A stretch of DNA of 64,000 bases from Candidatus Altimarinota bacterium (GTDB taxonomy: Bacteria; Patescibacteriota; Gracilibacteria; CAIRYL01), in assembly GCA_965250085.1 (NCBI GenBank), contig OZ252287.1, positions 32,001 to 96,000 on the forward strand, read 5' to 3'. Shown here piece by piece: positions 38,278 to 47,560 of this stretch (position 1 is the stretch's first letter; each line of letters begins with the position of its first letter). Both the position numbers and the translations under genes were made by a program. The notes under the pieces were generated by a model. That model saw only the letters and a program-made list of their open reading frames with translations, was not told where the DNA came from and did not search any database.

Positions 38278-40383
38278 GTGAAAAAGATAGCTCTGAGTAC
38301 ATCACTTTCAACCTCCAATCTCCACACCACGCGGAAGTATTTGGATTTACTAGCAGAGATCGGAGTTATGACAGGAGAAGATCTCCTCACGTATTTTCCT
38401 CGAGAATATGAGGATCACACAAAAGTAACAGAATTTGCAGATCTCAGAGCGGATCAAAAGAATGTGCTGAAGGGGACATTCTCTATGGTTCGAAGACAAA
38501 AAACGCGGAATCGGATGGTGCTGGTCAAAGCACTGCTGACGGATGAAGAGGGGAATGGTCTGGAATGTGTGTGGTTTAACCAGCCCTATCTGCATACGAT
38601 GATACCCGTCGGGAAACCAATGATTGTGGTCGGAAAGGCAAAATTGAGCTATGGAAAAATTTCACTTCAAAGCCCTACATTTGAAGAAGTCGGGGAAGAC
38701 ACCGTGCATACCGGGCGTATAGTTCCTATTTATCGAGAACACGGAAAGCTCACGAGTCTCTGGTTTCGAAAAAAAATATACCCACTTTTAGACACAGTGC
38801 AAACAGTCCCCAATGTACTTCCAGAAGACGTAATCGAATCTGAAAAATTTTTATCAAAACACGAAGCAGTGCTAGAAATACACTTCCCCACTTCTTCAGA
38901 CAAACTCGAACAGGCAAAACAAACACTGGCATTTGAAGAGCTTTTCTTACTTCAGTTGGCATCTCTGGAACGAAAAAGGATATGGAAAGAAAGCGCGTCT
39001 GAGTCTCATCATCCCATAAAACTTAATGCAGAATTGCAAAAACGATTTTTCGCTCATCTTTCGTTTACTCCTACAGACTCTCAAAAGATTTCCATTTTTG
39101 AGATTCTCAAAGATATGGAAGCATCTACCCCTATGCTGCGGCTTCTGGAAGGAGATGTGGGGAGTGGCAAGACAGTAGTCGCAATCGCTGCAGCACTGGC
39201 GGCAATACAAACTGGATATCAAGTGGCCCTTATGGCACCCACAGAAATACTCGCACAGCAACATGCAGAAAGTATTGCCCAAATGCTCAAGGGATTTGAA
39301 ATCACAAAAGAAGGAAAAAACTCTTTATTGAATAAAAATAGTGATCAAGAACAAGAAATTTATACAAACTTATTGACGGGTTCAGTAAAAGGAAAAAAAA
39401 GAGAGCAAATCTTACAAGATCTCAGGTTTGGAAATATTGATCTTCTCGTTGGCACGCATGCTCTTATTGAAGAGAAGGTTGTCTTTCAAAATCTCGGACT
39501 TGCGATTATTGATGAACAACATCGCTTTGGTGTAAAACAGAGAGAAAAGCTTGTAAAACACGGCTCGCCACACCTGCTCCAAATGACCGCTACGCCCATT
39601 CCTCGAACCCTTGCTATTGTGGCGTTTGGAGATCAGGACCTCTCAGTGCTTACCGAAATGCCCCCTGGGAGAAAGCCAGTACACACCAAAGTTGTTCCCC
39701 CAAGCGGTCGCAGCCAAATAGAACGATTTATCGAATCTGAAGTTCAGAAAAAAAGACAGTGTTTTGTAATCTGTCCGCTTGTTTCTGAATCAGAAAAAAT
39801 AGAAGTAAAAGCGGCAGAAGAAGAATTTATCCGCCTTCAGAAAGAAGTATTTCCTCATCTCAAACTCGCCCTTATTCATGGGCGAATGAAATCATCTGAA
39901 AAAGATGCCATCATGGTGGCATTCAAGAACCAAGAGTATGATGTATTGGTATCTACTTCGGTCATCGAAGTAGGAATTGACATTCCGAATGCTACTATTA
40001 TTTTGATTGAAGGAGCAGAACGATTTGGACTTTCTCAGCTCCATCAGTTTCGTGGTCGAGTGGGGAGGGGAGAGGCACAGTCCTATTGTTTCCTGTTTCC
40101 CACGAATCAACCTACCGAAAGACTCAGGGCAATGGAAAAGGTCATCGATGGATTCAAACTGGCGGAAATAGATCTCAAGCTCCGCGGACCCGGAGCTATT
40201 TTTGGCATTCGCCAGAGCGGTCTTCCAGATCTCAAAATGGCTAATTTTTCTGATGGGAGGCTCGTGGTTCGCGCTCGCAAAGAAGCTGAAAATTTTTTAG
40301 AAGAGAAAGGCGGATTTGGCGCCTTTCCATTATTGGAAAAAAAGGTGCAAAAGATGAATGCAGGAATGGCACAAGGAGGGTAA
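38278..40383 (+). CDS. recG: ATP-dependent DNA helicase RecG
   Basis: RLLEGDVGSGKT, APTEILAQQH, IDEQHRFG, MTATPIPRTL, QLHQFRGRVGRG. Confidence 0.97.
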   Translation: MKKIALSTSLSTSNLHTTRKYLDLLAEIGVMTGEDLLTYFPREYEDHTKVTEFADLRADQKNVLKGTFSMVRRQKTRNRMVLVKALLTDEEGNGLECVWFNQPYLHTMIPVGKPMIVVGKAKLSYGKISLQSPTFEEVGEDTVHTGRIVPIYREHGKLTSLWFRKKIYPLLDTVQTVPNVLPEDVIESEKFLSKHEAVLEIHFPTSSDKLEQAKQTLAFEELFLLQLASLERKRIWKESASESHHPIKLNAELQKRFFAHLSFTPTDSQKISIFEILKDMEASTPMLRLLEGDVGSGKTVVAIAAALAAIQTGYQVALMAPTEILAQQHAESIAQMLKGFEITKEGKNSLLNKNSDQEQEIYTNLLTGSVKGKKREQILQDLRFGNIDLLVGTHALIEEKVVFQNLGLAIIDEQHRFGVKQREKLVKHGSPHLLQMTATPIPRTLAIVAFGDQDLSVLTEMPPGRKPVHTKVVPPSGRSQIERFIESEVQKKRQCFVICPLVSESEKIEVKAAEEEFIRLQKEVFPHLKLALIHGRMKSSEKDAIMVAFKNQEYDVLVSTSVIEVGIDIPNATIILIEGAERFGLSQLHQFRGRVGRGEAQSYCFLFPTNQPTERLRAMEKVIDGFKLAEIDLKLRGPGAIFGIRQSGLPDLKMANFSDGRLVVRARKEAENFLEEKGGFGAFPLLEKKVQKMNAGMAQGG

Positions 40384-40390
40384 TTTTATT

Positions 40391-40456
40391 CCTCCCTTAG
40401 TAAGGGAGGCTAGGTGGGTTTTAACCCCTTTAATCCCCCTTTTCAAAAGGGGGAAG
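40391..40456. repeat. Composite palindromic element (two hairpin units)
   Basis: cctcccttagtaagggaggctaggtggg + cccctttaatcccccttttcaaaagggggaag. Confidence 0.85.
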
Positions 40457-40460
40457 GAAA

Positions 40461-41273
40461 TTACAAATAGCGCTGGAAGGTGAGGCACTTGAGTCCTCCT
40501 CCGAATTTGAGAAATTCACTGATATCGGTGTAGTGAATTGTAAAACCTCTTTTTTTCAGTATGTTTCCAAAATCTCTGGCTCCGGTATGCATAATAATGT
40601 CATTTTCCAGAGCAACAGAATTAAGACCAAAACTCATCACATCTTTTTCTGACACAACCAGTATCTCTGCATCCAGATGCGTCAATTTCTCTTGAGACTC
40701 CTCAGTCATAGCGTCTGGATATACCGCTATCAGATCAGTGCTAATAGGAAACAATACAGTATCGAGATGATACAATCGAGGATCAATAAGCTTAAATCCA
40801 ATAGTTTCCATATCAAAATATTCACGGAGATAGGGGACTATGCTTGGAGATGATCTTTGTCCATATCCCACCAGGATTTTGTCTTTCCAGACCATAGTTT
40901 CTCCCGATCCTTCATAGACCATTCCTTCTGGAACTCGCATTCCCTGTATTCCCTGCTGAGCACAATACTCCATCACATATTCGGTTTCTGCATATCTCTG
41001 TTTCATGGCAAGACGTGAAAATACCGCTTTGCCTTTGTATGCAAACACGCTATCTCCAAAATAGCAGAGCTCAGTGAGTCCTTCTTGAGGAGGAATAATA
41101 TGTACACTTTCAGGAGCCAATTTTTTATAAATATTTACCAGATCTTTCCACTGCTGCAGTGCTTTCCCTTGAGAAAAATCTGCGTGCACATCCATCCATG
41201 GATTGATTTCATATTTCAGTTCCAAAAAATCTGGAGAACAGAGGTAGAGTTTACGCTGAGGGTTGAGATTCAT
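40461..41273 (-). CDS. Amidinotransferase / dimethylargininase family protein
   Basis: YEINPWM, YEGSGE, YHLDT, EFLKFGGGLKCLT (catalytic Cys). Confidence 0.88.
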   Translation of the reverse strand: MNLNPQRKLYLCSPDFLELKYEINPWMDVHADFSQGKALQQWKDLVNIYKKLAPESVHIIPPQEGLTELCYFGDSVFAYKGKAVFSRLAMKQRYAETEYVMEYCAQQGIQGMRVPEGMVYEGSGETMVWKDKILVGYGQRSSPSIVPYLREYFDMETIGFKLIDPRLYHLDTVLFPISTDLIAVYPDAMTEESQEKLTHLDAEILVVSEKDVMSFGLNSVALENDIIMHTGARDFGNILKKRGFTIHYTDISEFLKFGGGLKCLTFQRYL

Positions 41274-41298
41274 TGCTGGGATAAAAAGAATTGAAATT

Positions 41299-41362
41299 CC
41301 TCCCTTAACAAGGGAGGCTAGGTGGGATTAAACCCCCTCAATCCCCCTTTTCAAGGGGGAAG
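41299..41362. repeat. Composite palindromic element, direct copy of 40391-40456
   Basis: cctcccttaacaagggaggctaggtggg + ccccctcaatcccccttttcaagggggaag. Confidence 0.85.
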
Positions 41363-41364
41363 TT

Positions 41365-42291
41365 TTATTTATGATACTTCTCATGCACATCCTTAAGGTG
41401 TTGATCGGTAAGGTGTGTATAGATTTGAGTTGTGGTGATAGATGAGTGTCCCAGCATCATTTGCACAGACCTGATATCAGCACCATTTTGGAGAAGAGTG
41501 GTAGCAAATGAATGCCTCAGCGTATGAGGTGTTGCTTTTTTTATAATCCCCGCAAGGCGCGCATATTTACGGACGATGTTTTCTATCACATTACGTGAAA
41601 GCCTGCGGTCATTCTCATCGATTCCAATGCTTTTTTCTGACTTCTTTGCATGAGAGATAAATGCTGCTTTGCAGTTATCATTGCGTGCCTTGAAGTACGT
41701 TTCAATTTTTTCCGCGGCTTTTTGGGTGAGAAATACAATGCGTACCTTTTGCCCTTTTCCACGAACACTAAATTCTTTTGTCTGTGTATTGATTGCTTCA
41801 CAATTGAGATTGCAGAGCTCTGAAACACGGAGACCGGTAGAATAGAGTGTTTCGAGTATTGCTGCATCACGTTTTCCGATAGAAGTGCTGTCATCTACCT
41901 GAGCAAAGATCTGACCTACTTCTTCTCGAGAGAGAAATTCAATATGTCTTTCTGGAATTTTTGGGAGTTCAATTTTTTCCGGTGAAAGCGTTTTGACATC
42001 TCGTTTGTGCAAAAATTTCAAAAAAGCTCTGAGAGCAATCAGATAATATGTCTGTGTTTTCACTGATATTCGTTCGCCAGATTTGGTTTTTTGCCTCGCT
42101 AAAAACAAACGATAGTCTTCGACATCCTGCAGAATGATTTTTTCCGGATTTTTATCCGCTCCATAAAACTCCTCAAATCGTTTGAGATACCTTTTGTAGT
42201 TCTGCAAAGTATGATCACTCTGATTTTTTCCTATCTCACAAAAAATGAGAAAGTCTTCTATCCATTGAGAAAGGGAAGTGCTTTGAGACAC
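41365..42291 (-). CDS. XerC/XerD-type tyrosine recombinase
   Basis: STGLRVSEL, VRGKG.K.R, TPHTLRHSFAT, LGHSSITTTQIYT; N-terminal SAM-like domain. Confidence 0.93.
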   Translation of the reverse strand: MSQSTSLSQWIEDFLIFCEIGKNQSDHTLQNYKRYLKRFEEFYGADKNPEKIILQDVEDYRLFLARQKTKSGERISVKTQTYYLIALRAFLKFLHKRDVKTLSPEKIELPKIPERHIEFLSREEVGQIFAQVDDSTSIGKRDAAILETLYSTGLRVSELCNLNCEAINTQTKEFSVRGKGQKVRIVFLTQKAAEKIETYFKARNDNCKAAFISHAKKSEKSIGIDENDRRLSRNVIENIVRKYARLAGIIKKATPHTLRHSFATTLLQNGADIRSVQMMLGHSSITTTQIYTHLTDQHLKDVHEKYHK

Positions 42292-42412
42292 GAATGGTGG
42301 GCAAGTTCAGCTTCATTGTAGGAGAGAACAGGAACTGTGCACAATACCAAGAAACTTGACAATCGCTATAAAAAACATAAAATAAATATCTATTTACTCT
42401 TTTTCTACTCCC

Positions 42413-42760
42413 ATGTCTGAAGTGTATCCAACAGAAGAGGCGGTAAAAAATCTAGAAATGCAGGTATTTGATTCCCTTGGGGATCTTTTTGAGGCGGTAA
42501 TCAGAGAAGGGTGTCTGAATATAGGGGTAGGAAATTTTGAGCTTTCTCATTCTGGAGGAAGAGGAGATGGAGATAATGAACTTCAAATTGACGGAACCTT
42601 ATTTGCCTACAAAGGTATAAATGAAAAATGGATTATTAGTTCCGAAGGATGGGAGGGAGTGGTGGATTACTCTCAACATGACTTTAAGCCAGAAGGCAAA
42701 AAAATAGAACCGTTGATTAAAAATGCGAGAAACAAAATACAAGCATTGCAAAGGCAATAA
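42413..42760 (+). CDS. Hypothetical protein (ORFan)
   Basis: 115-aa ORF with upstream TTGACA-N16-TAAAAT. Confidence 0.65.
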   Translation: MSEVYPTEEAVKNLEMQVFDSLGDLFEAVIREGCLNIGVGNFELSHSGGRGDGDNELQIDGTLFAYKGINEKWIISSEGWEGVVDYSQHDFKPEGKKIEPLIKNARNKIQALQRQ

Positions 42761-42849
42761 GATCACATACTGAATGTATGAATCCAATGTTTCCCCTGTA
42801 GAAAAAATATAGGCCGAAGTACATGGATTGCAGTACAGAAAACTGCTAT

Positions 42850-43722
42850 TTATAATTTCACGTTTTCCACTTTTTTCATCTTTTTTCCCAGAAAAATTTC
42901 TCCCAGTTTTTGAAATTTCTCAGGGCAATCCGTGGTAAAGAATTGTAAATCCCCCCTAGCCCCCCTTTGCAAGGGGGAGGAGGAAGACGAGGATTGAGAG
43001 AGGGAGGAGCTAATTTTTGGATGATTTTTTAAGTATTCTGCAAACGCTTTTGCTTGAGATGCGCCAGAGTTGATGATCACACAATTTTTTCCCATTTTTC
43101 TTTCAAATTCTTTTTGAAGCAGGGGATAGTGAGTACAACCAAGAATTAGAGTATCCACATTTGCATGTTTCAAGGATATCAAATATTTCTTCAGGATACT
43201 GCGAGTTTCTGGTTTTTTGATCCATCCCTCTTCAACCAGTGGTACGAGAAGTGGAGCGGATACGGAAGTGAGGATCGGTTTTGTAAGTGCCTTTTTTTCC
43301 GTTGGCTTATAATGGGTTTTCCAGAGTTTTTGGAGTTCCTTTTCATAATTGCCCGTCTCTACAGTGCTTCGGGTTGCAATAAGACCAACACGTCCATATC
43401 GAGTTTTTTGGAGCGCTTCTTCCATGGCGGGAATGAGGGCTCCCAGGACTTTTTTTTGTGAGCCATATTTTGCCTGCAAGTTCCTCAGGGCATCAGCACT
43501 TGCCGTATTACACGCGAGGAGCACTATTTTTGCCCCTTTTGTAAAAAGGAACTCCACGCCCTGCTCGGTATACTCAGTTACTCGTTCTTGACCATGAATT
43601 CCATAGGGAGATCTCGCCTGATCTCCCAGAAAGAGAAAGTCTCTCTCTGGTATTATTTTGAGGAGTTCTTTGAGAGTTGTAAGGCCGCCAAATCCAGAGT
43701 CAAATATTCCAATCATAGTCAA
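42850..43722 (-). CDS. murI: Glutamate racemase with in-frame palindromic-element insertion near the C-terminus
   Basis: FDSGFGGLT, PYG, ACNTAS, LILGCTHYP. Confidence 0.95.
   Translation of the reverse strand: MTMIGIFDSGFGGLTTLKELLKIIPERDFLFLGDQARSPYGIHGQERVTEYTEQGVEFLFTKGAKIVLLACNTASADALRNLQAKYGSQKKVLGALIPAMEEALQKTRYGRVGLIATRSTVETGNYEKELQKLWKTHYKPTEKKALTKPILTSVSAPLLVPLVEEGWIKKPETRSILKKYLISLKHANVDTLILGCTHYPLLQKEFERKMGKNCVIINSGASQAKAFAEYLKNHPKISSSLSQSSSSSSPLQRGARGDLQFFTTDCPEKFQKLGEIFLGKKMKKVENVKL
42947..42979. repeat. CCCCTT..AAGGGG element inside murI
   Basis: aaatcccccctagcccccctttgcaagggggag; read on the minus strand as SPLQRGARGDL. Confidence 0.85.
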
Positions 43723-43766
43723 TTACGAATAAACGTTTTTCATTTTGCATTTTTCATTTTGAATTA

Positions 43767-44606
43767 TCAAAGGTATTCAGCAAAGAAAACCTTTGCTAGG
43801 TTCTCCCAATCTTGAGTATTCAAATTTTGTGGTCTGAGATCTCCAGAGATACCAACACTTTCTAATATCTGATCTATTTCTTCACCAGGCATTTGAAATT
43901 TTCTACTGAGGACATTCCTGAGTTTCTTGCGAGGCTCTGCAAACCCTGCAAAGAGCATTTCTTCAAATATTTTTGCAGGAATATGTATCCTTGGGCGGAC
44001 ATACATTTCGATAAACAAGATAGCGGAATCTACTTTTGGTATCGGATAAAAACTGCTTGCGGGAACTTTTGACACTATTTGAGGGTCACCATACGCTTTT
44101 ATTATTTGCGAAAGCGCTGATTCCTTCCCTTTTTTGGCGCAGATCTTTTCTCCTACTTCTTTTTGCACAAGCAGTACAATGTGCCCAGGTCTGTGCTCTG
44201 TCTCCGTGAGGAATTTTCTCAGTATAGGAGAGGTAAGGTGATAGGGGATATTAGCGATGAGTTTATAGGGCTCATCAGGAGGATCAAAATCCAAGACATG
44301 CATTTGGTGGATTACAAGGTGTTTTTTAAAGCTCCGAGTTGCTTCTTTGAGCACTGGGAGAATCTCTGCATCTATCTCTACTGCTTCTACATTTGCTCCG
44401 GCTTCAAGCAGCGCTCTGCTCAGCACGCCGGGTCCAGGTCCGATTTCCACTATGTATTCTCCTTTTTGGATTTCAGCAATTTTCACAATGCGCTCCAAAA
44501 CACTTTTGTCTACTAGGAAATTTTGTCCCAGGCGCTTTTTTGCCCAGACATTATATTTTTTGAGCAAATTTTTGAGTGTTGGAAAATGAGTAAGATCCAC
44601 AAGCAA
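43767..44606 (-). CDS. rsmA: 16S rRNA (adenine1518/1519-N6)-dimethyltransferase
   Basis: KKRLGQNFL, EIGPGPG, ANIPYHLTS, QKEV, PKVDS. Confidence 0.95.
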   Translation of the reverse strand: MLVDLTHFPTLKNLLKKYNVWAKKRLGQNFLVDKSVLERIVKIAEIQKGEYIVEIGPGPGVLSRALLEAGANVEAVEIDAEILPVLKEATRSFKKHLVIHQMHVLDFDPPDEPYKLIANIPYHLTSPILRKFLTETEHRPGHIVLLVQKEVGEKICAKKGKESALSQIIKAYGDPQIVSKVPASSFYPIPKVDSAILFIEMYVRPRIHIPAKIFEEMLFAGFAEPRKKLRNVLSRKFQMPGEEIDQILESVGISGDLRPQNLNTQDWENLAKVFFAEYL

Positions 44607-44683
44607 AGTTTTAAATTATGAATTATAAATTTTGAATTCCAAAATCCGAGGTTATACTATCAGTAATTCTGGTTTTTCAAAGA

Positions 44684-46033
44684 ATGAAAGTTTCAGAGCT
44701 TACTGGCAAAAACATACTTATTCTGGGCTTTGGTCAGGAGGGGAGAGCTACGTATGAGTTCCTTCACAAGTGTCTTCCGGGCGAGCTCTTCTCAGTTGCA
44801 GATAAAAACAAACACATAGAGGTTTCCGCGGAGGTTCAAAATTCACACCTTGGGGATACATATCTCGATCATCTGGAAGAGTACGATGTCATTATCAAAA
44901 CACCTGGAATTTCTCCTTTTGTTTCGCAGATTCAGACAGCGCTTCAGAAAGGAATACGATTCACAAGTGCAACAGAGATTTTTTTCTCTGAAGTAAAAGG
45001 GAGAGTCATCGGTATTACTGGCACGAAAGGAAAAAGCACCACGTCCGCACTCCTCTACGATATTCTCAGAACTGCTCAAAAAGATGCTCATCTTATCGGA
45101 AATATTGGATCTCCTGCATTGAGTTTTTTGAAAAATGACACTTCAGAAACAATTTATATTTTTGAGCTTTCGAGTTATCAACTCCAGAATTTGAGGGTTT
45201 CACCTCAGATTGGTATTTTCACCAGTTTTTTCCCGGCACATCTCACGTATCACAAAGATCTCAAGGAATATTTTGATTCCAAGATGAACCTTTTCGTCCA
45301 TATGAAAAAGACTGGTAAAGCCTTCTGGAACTCAAACTTTTCAGAAATAACAGATGCTTTTATCTCTCTCTCATGTCAAAAGTATCCATATAATGATGGG
45401 AAACAAACGACAGTTGTGCATGGAGATTTGGTCTATAAAGGACGAACAATTGTTCTCGAAAAAGAATTTCCACTTATCGGAAAGCATAATGCCGAGAATG
45501 CTCTTGGAGCCATTGCGGTTGCAAAAGAATTTGATATTTCTGATGAAGTTATTTCAGAGGCTGTTTCTGAATTCACACCTCTTGAACATCGGCTAGAGCC
45601 AGTGGGGGAGTATAAAGGTATTCGGTTTTACAATGATAGTCAGTCCTCTACACCGAGTTCTACTATTGCCGCTATTCAGGCATTTGGAAATAAAATTGAG
45701 ACTATTATTTTGGGTGGTCTCGACAATAAAGTGGGTTTTGAAAAACTTGGAGAAGTCATTGCAGACTCATCTCTTCAAAATCTTGTACTCTTTCCAGATA
45801 CAGGTAAAAAGATCTGGCAAGAAGTGAAAAAATCATGTGAAGCAAAAGGAAAAAATATTCCACAGCATATCTTTGTTCACAATATGAAAGAAGCGGTGTG
45901 GAAATGCTATGAAATAACGTCTGCAGGAAAAATATGCATCCTCTCTCCGGCGTGCCAGAGCTTTAATATGTTCTCAAGACTCGAAGAGAGAGGGAAACAA
46001 TTCAAAGAATTCGTAAAAGAACTGGGCAAATGA
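44684..46033 (+). CDS. murD: UDP-N-acetylmuramoyl-L-alanine--D-glutamate ligase
   Basis: KTPGI, GITGTKGKSTT, GNIG, ELSSYQL, HRLE, NDS, LSPACQSF. Confidence 0.93.
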   Translation: MKVSELTGKNILILGFGQEGRATYEFLHKCLPGELFSVADKNKHIEVSAEVQNSHLGDTYLDHLEEYDVIIKTPGISPFVSQIQTALQKGIRFTSATEIFFSEVKGRVIGITGTKGKSTTSALLYDILRTAQKDAHLIGNIGSPALSFLKNDTSETIYIFELSSYQLQNLRVSPQIGIFTSFFPAHLTYHKDLKEYFDSKMNLFVHMKKTGKAFWNSNFSEITDAFISLSCQKYPYNDGKQTTVVHGDLVYKGRTIVLEKEFPLIGKHNAENALGAIAVAKEFDISDEVISEAVSEFTPLEHRLEPVGEYKGIRFYNDSQSSTPSSTIAAIQAFGNKIETIILGGLDNKVGFEKLGEVIADSSLQNLVLFPDTGKKIWQEVKKSCEAKGKNIPQHIFVHNMKEAVWKCYEITSAGKICILSPACQSFNMFSRLEERGKQFKEFVKELGK

Positions 46034-46743
46034 TCCCGAAAAATTTTCTTGATTCGGCTTATAGAGAACTCACAAATAATGAGTTAGAAAGCTTTCAAAA
46101 TTTGTATACAAATTTTGTTCAAAAAAATAAGATAATAAATCTTTCTGCTATTCGGGACGAACAGGGGATTTGGGAAAAACATTTTTATGATTCGCTCCTT
46201 GGAGCGGAATTTTTAGAAGATGCTGACGAAAAAATACTCGATCTTGGATCAGGTGGAGGATTTCCTGCATTGCCACTGGCTCTTATGTTCCCAGGCAAAC
46301 AATTTTTTCCATTCGATTCTGTTGAGAAAAAGATGAAAGCAGTGCAAGAAATAGTAAATACATCAAAGATAGACAATGTCACGCCTCTTATCGGTCGTGC
46401 AGAAGAGCTCGGTCAAGATGCTCTTCATCGGGAGCAGTATGATGTCGTGACAGTACGCGCCTTTGCTCCTTTTTCTGTATGCTTAGAGCTGGCTCTTCCA
46501 TTCGTCACTGTAGGAGGAAAAGTAATTCTCTATCGTGGTCCTGAAAATGAGCGAGATGCAAATTTGCTCGCAGGCGCTTTTGGAGCCATTATTAAAACTC
46601 AAAAAAAAGATCAATTACCGAGTAAGGATAAGCGAGAGATCTGGGAAATTATCAAAATAGCACCTACAGAAGATATGTTTCCTCGAGCAAATGGCATTCC
46701 TAAAAAAGAACCAATGACATTGAAGAGCATGAATTACGAATGA
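46030..46743 (+). CDS. rsmG: 16S rRNA (guanine527-N7)-methyltransferase
   Basis: NLSAIR, KHFYDSL, DLGSGGGFP, GRAEE, VRA, FPR..G.PKK. Confidence 0.93.
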   Translation: MIPKNFLDSAYRELTNNELESFQNLYTNFVQKNKIINLSAIRDEQGIWEKHFYDSLLGAEFLEDADEKILDLGSGGGFPALPLALMFPGKQFFPFDSVEKKMKAVQEIVNTSKIDNVTPLIGRAEELGQDALHREQYDVVTVRAFAPFSVCLELALPFVTVGGKVILYRGPENERDANLLAGAFGAIIKTQKKDQLPSKDKREIWEIIKIAPTEDMFPRANGIPKKEPMTLKSMNYE

Positions 46744-46808
46744 TCGATTACCAATTATGAATAAAAAATTCTTTATAAACTTTATAACTTTTTACTTTTA
46801 ACTCGTCT

Positions 46809-47426
46809 GTGCCAAAAGCATTTTCTCCACAGGACCATTATTTTCACCTCGCGAAAAAGAGAAAATTGCGCGCACGCTCTGCATTCAAACTTGAAGAAAT
46901 ACTAAAAAAATACCCGCACCTACTCCCGAAACATGGACGGATTTTGGACCTAGGATCTGCTCCTGGAAGTTTTTTGCAGATTTTGCAAGAACACGCATCT
47001 CCTCGCTCGTTAGTGATAGGTGTTGATCTTCAAAAGATAGAAAAATTTTCAAATTTTCAGCACTCGTTCCACTTGATTCAAGGAGATGTTTTTTCCAAGA
47101 AAGTCTCAGATAAAATCCAGGATATTCTCAAAGAAGAAAAAATTGACCTTATTACCGCAGATCTTGCTCCAAAAACATCTGGCATTAAAGATATAGACCA
47201 ATGGAAAAGTGTGGAACTCAATCAGCAAGTGTTCCAAATATGTAAGAAATTTCTTACACTAGGAGGCAATCTTATTACCAAAATTTTTGTCGGTGAAGAT
47301 TTTCAAGAATTTTGGAAGGATGAGTTCCAGTTGCTGTTTCAAAAATCGAAAATACACAAGCCAAAAGCATGTCGTGACAGGAGTTTTGAAACCTATCTGA
47401 TTGGAGAGAAATTTTTGAAACAATAG
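46809..47426 (+). CDS. rlmE: 23S rRNA Um2552 methyltransferase (FtsJ/RrmJ)
   Basis: RARSAFKLEEI, LDLGSAPGS, DLAP, KP.ACR..S.E.Y. Confidence 0.93.
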   Translation: MPKAFSPQDHYFHLAKKRKLRARSAFKLEEILKKYPHLLPKHGRILDLGSAPGSFLQILQEHASPRSLVIGVDLQKIEKFSNFQHSFHLIQGDVFSKKVSDKIQDILKEEKIDLITADLAPKTSGIKDIDQWKSVELNQQVFQICKKFLTLGGNLITKIFVGEDFQEFWKDEFQLLFQKSKIHKPKACRDRSFETYLIGEKFLKQ

Positions 47427-47560
47427 TCAACAGTCAGTGGTCAGCTATCAGCACTTGGTGTCTTATTTTCATGGTCTATGTTCCATGGCTGTTCCTGCTT
47501 GAAAAAAACTACAAAAAATGATACAATACTTAGATTTTTAAAAATTTAAATACATACAAA

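Noticed and set aside
41365-42291. Integron integrase or prophage integrase
   Set aside because: Size and motifs fit housekeeping XerC/D. No IntI-specific insertion was recognised, and there are no attC-type GTTRRRY/RYYYAAC arrays or phage genes.
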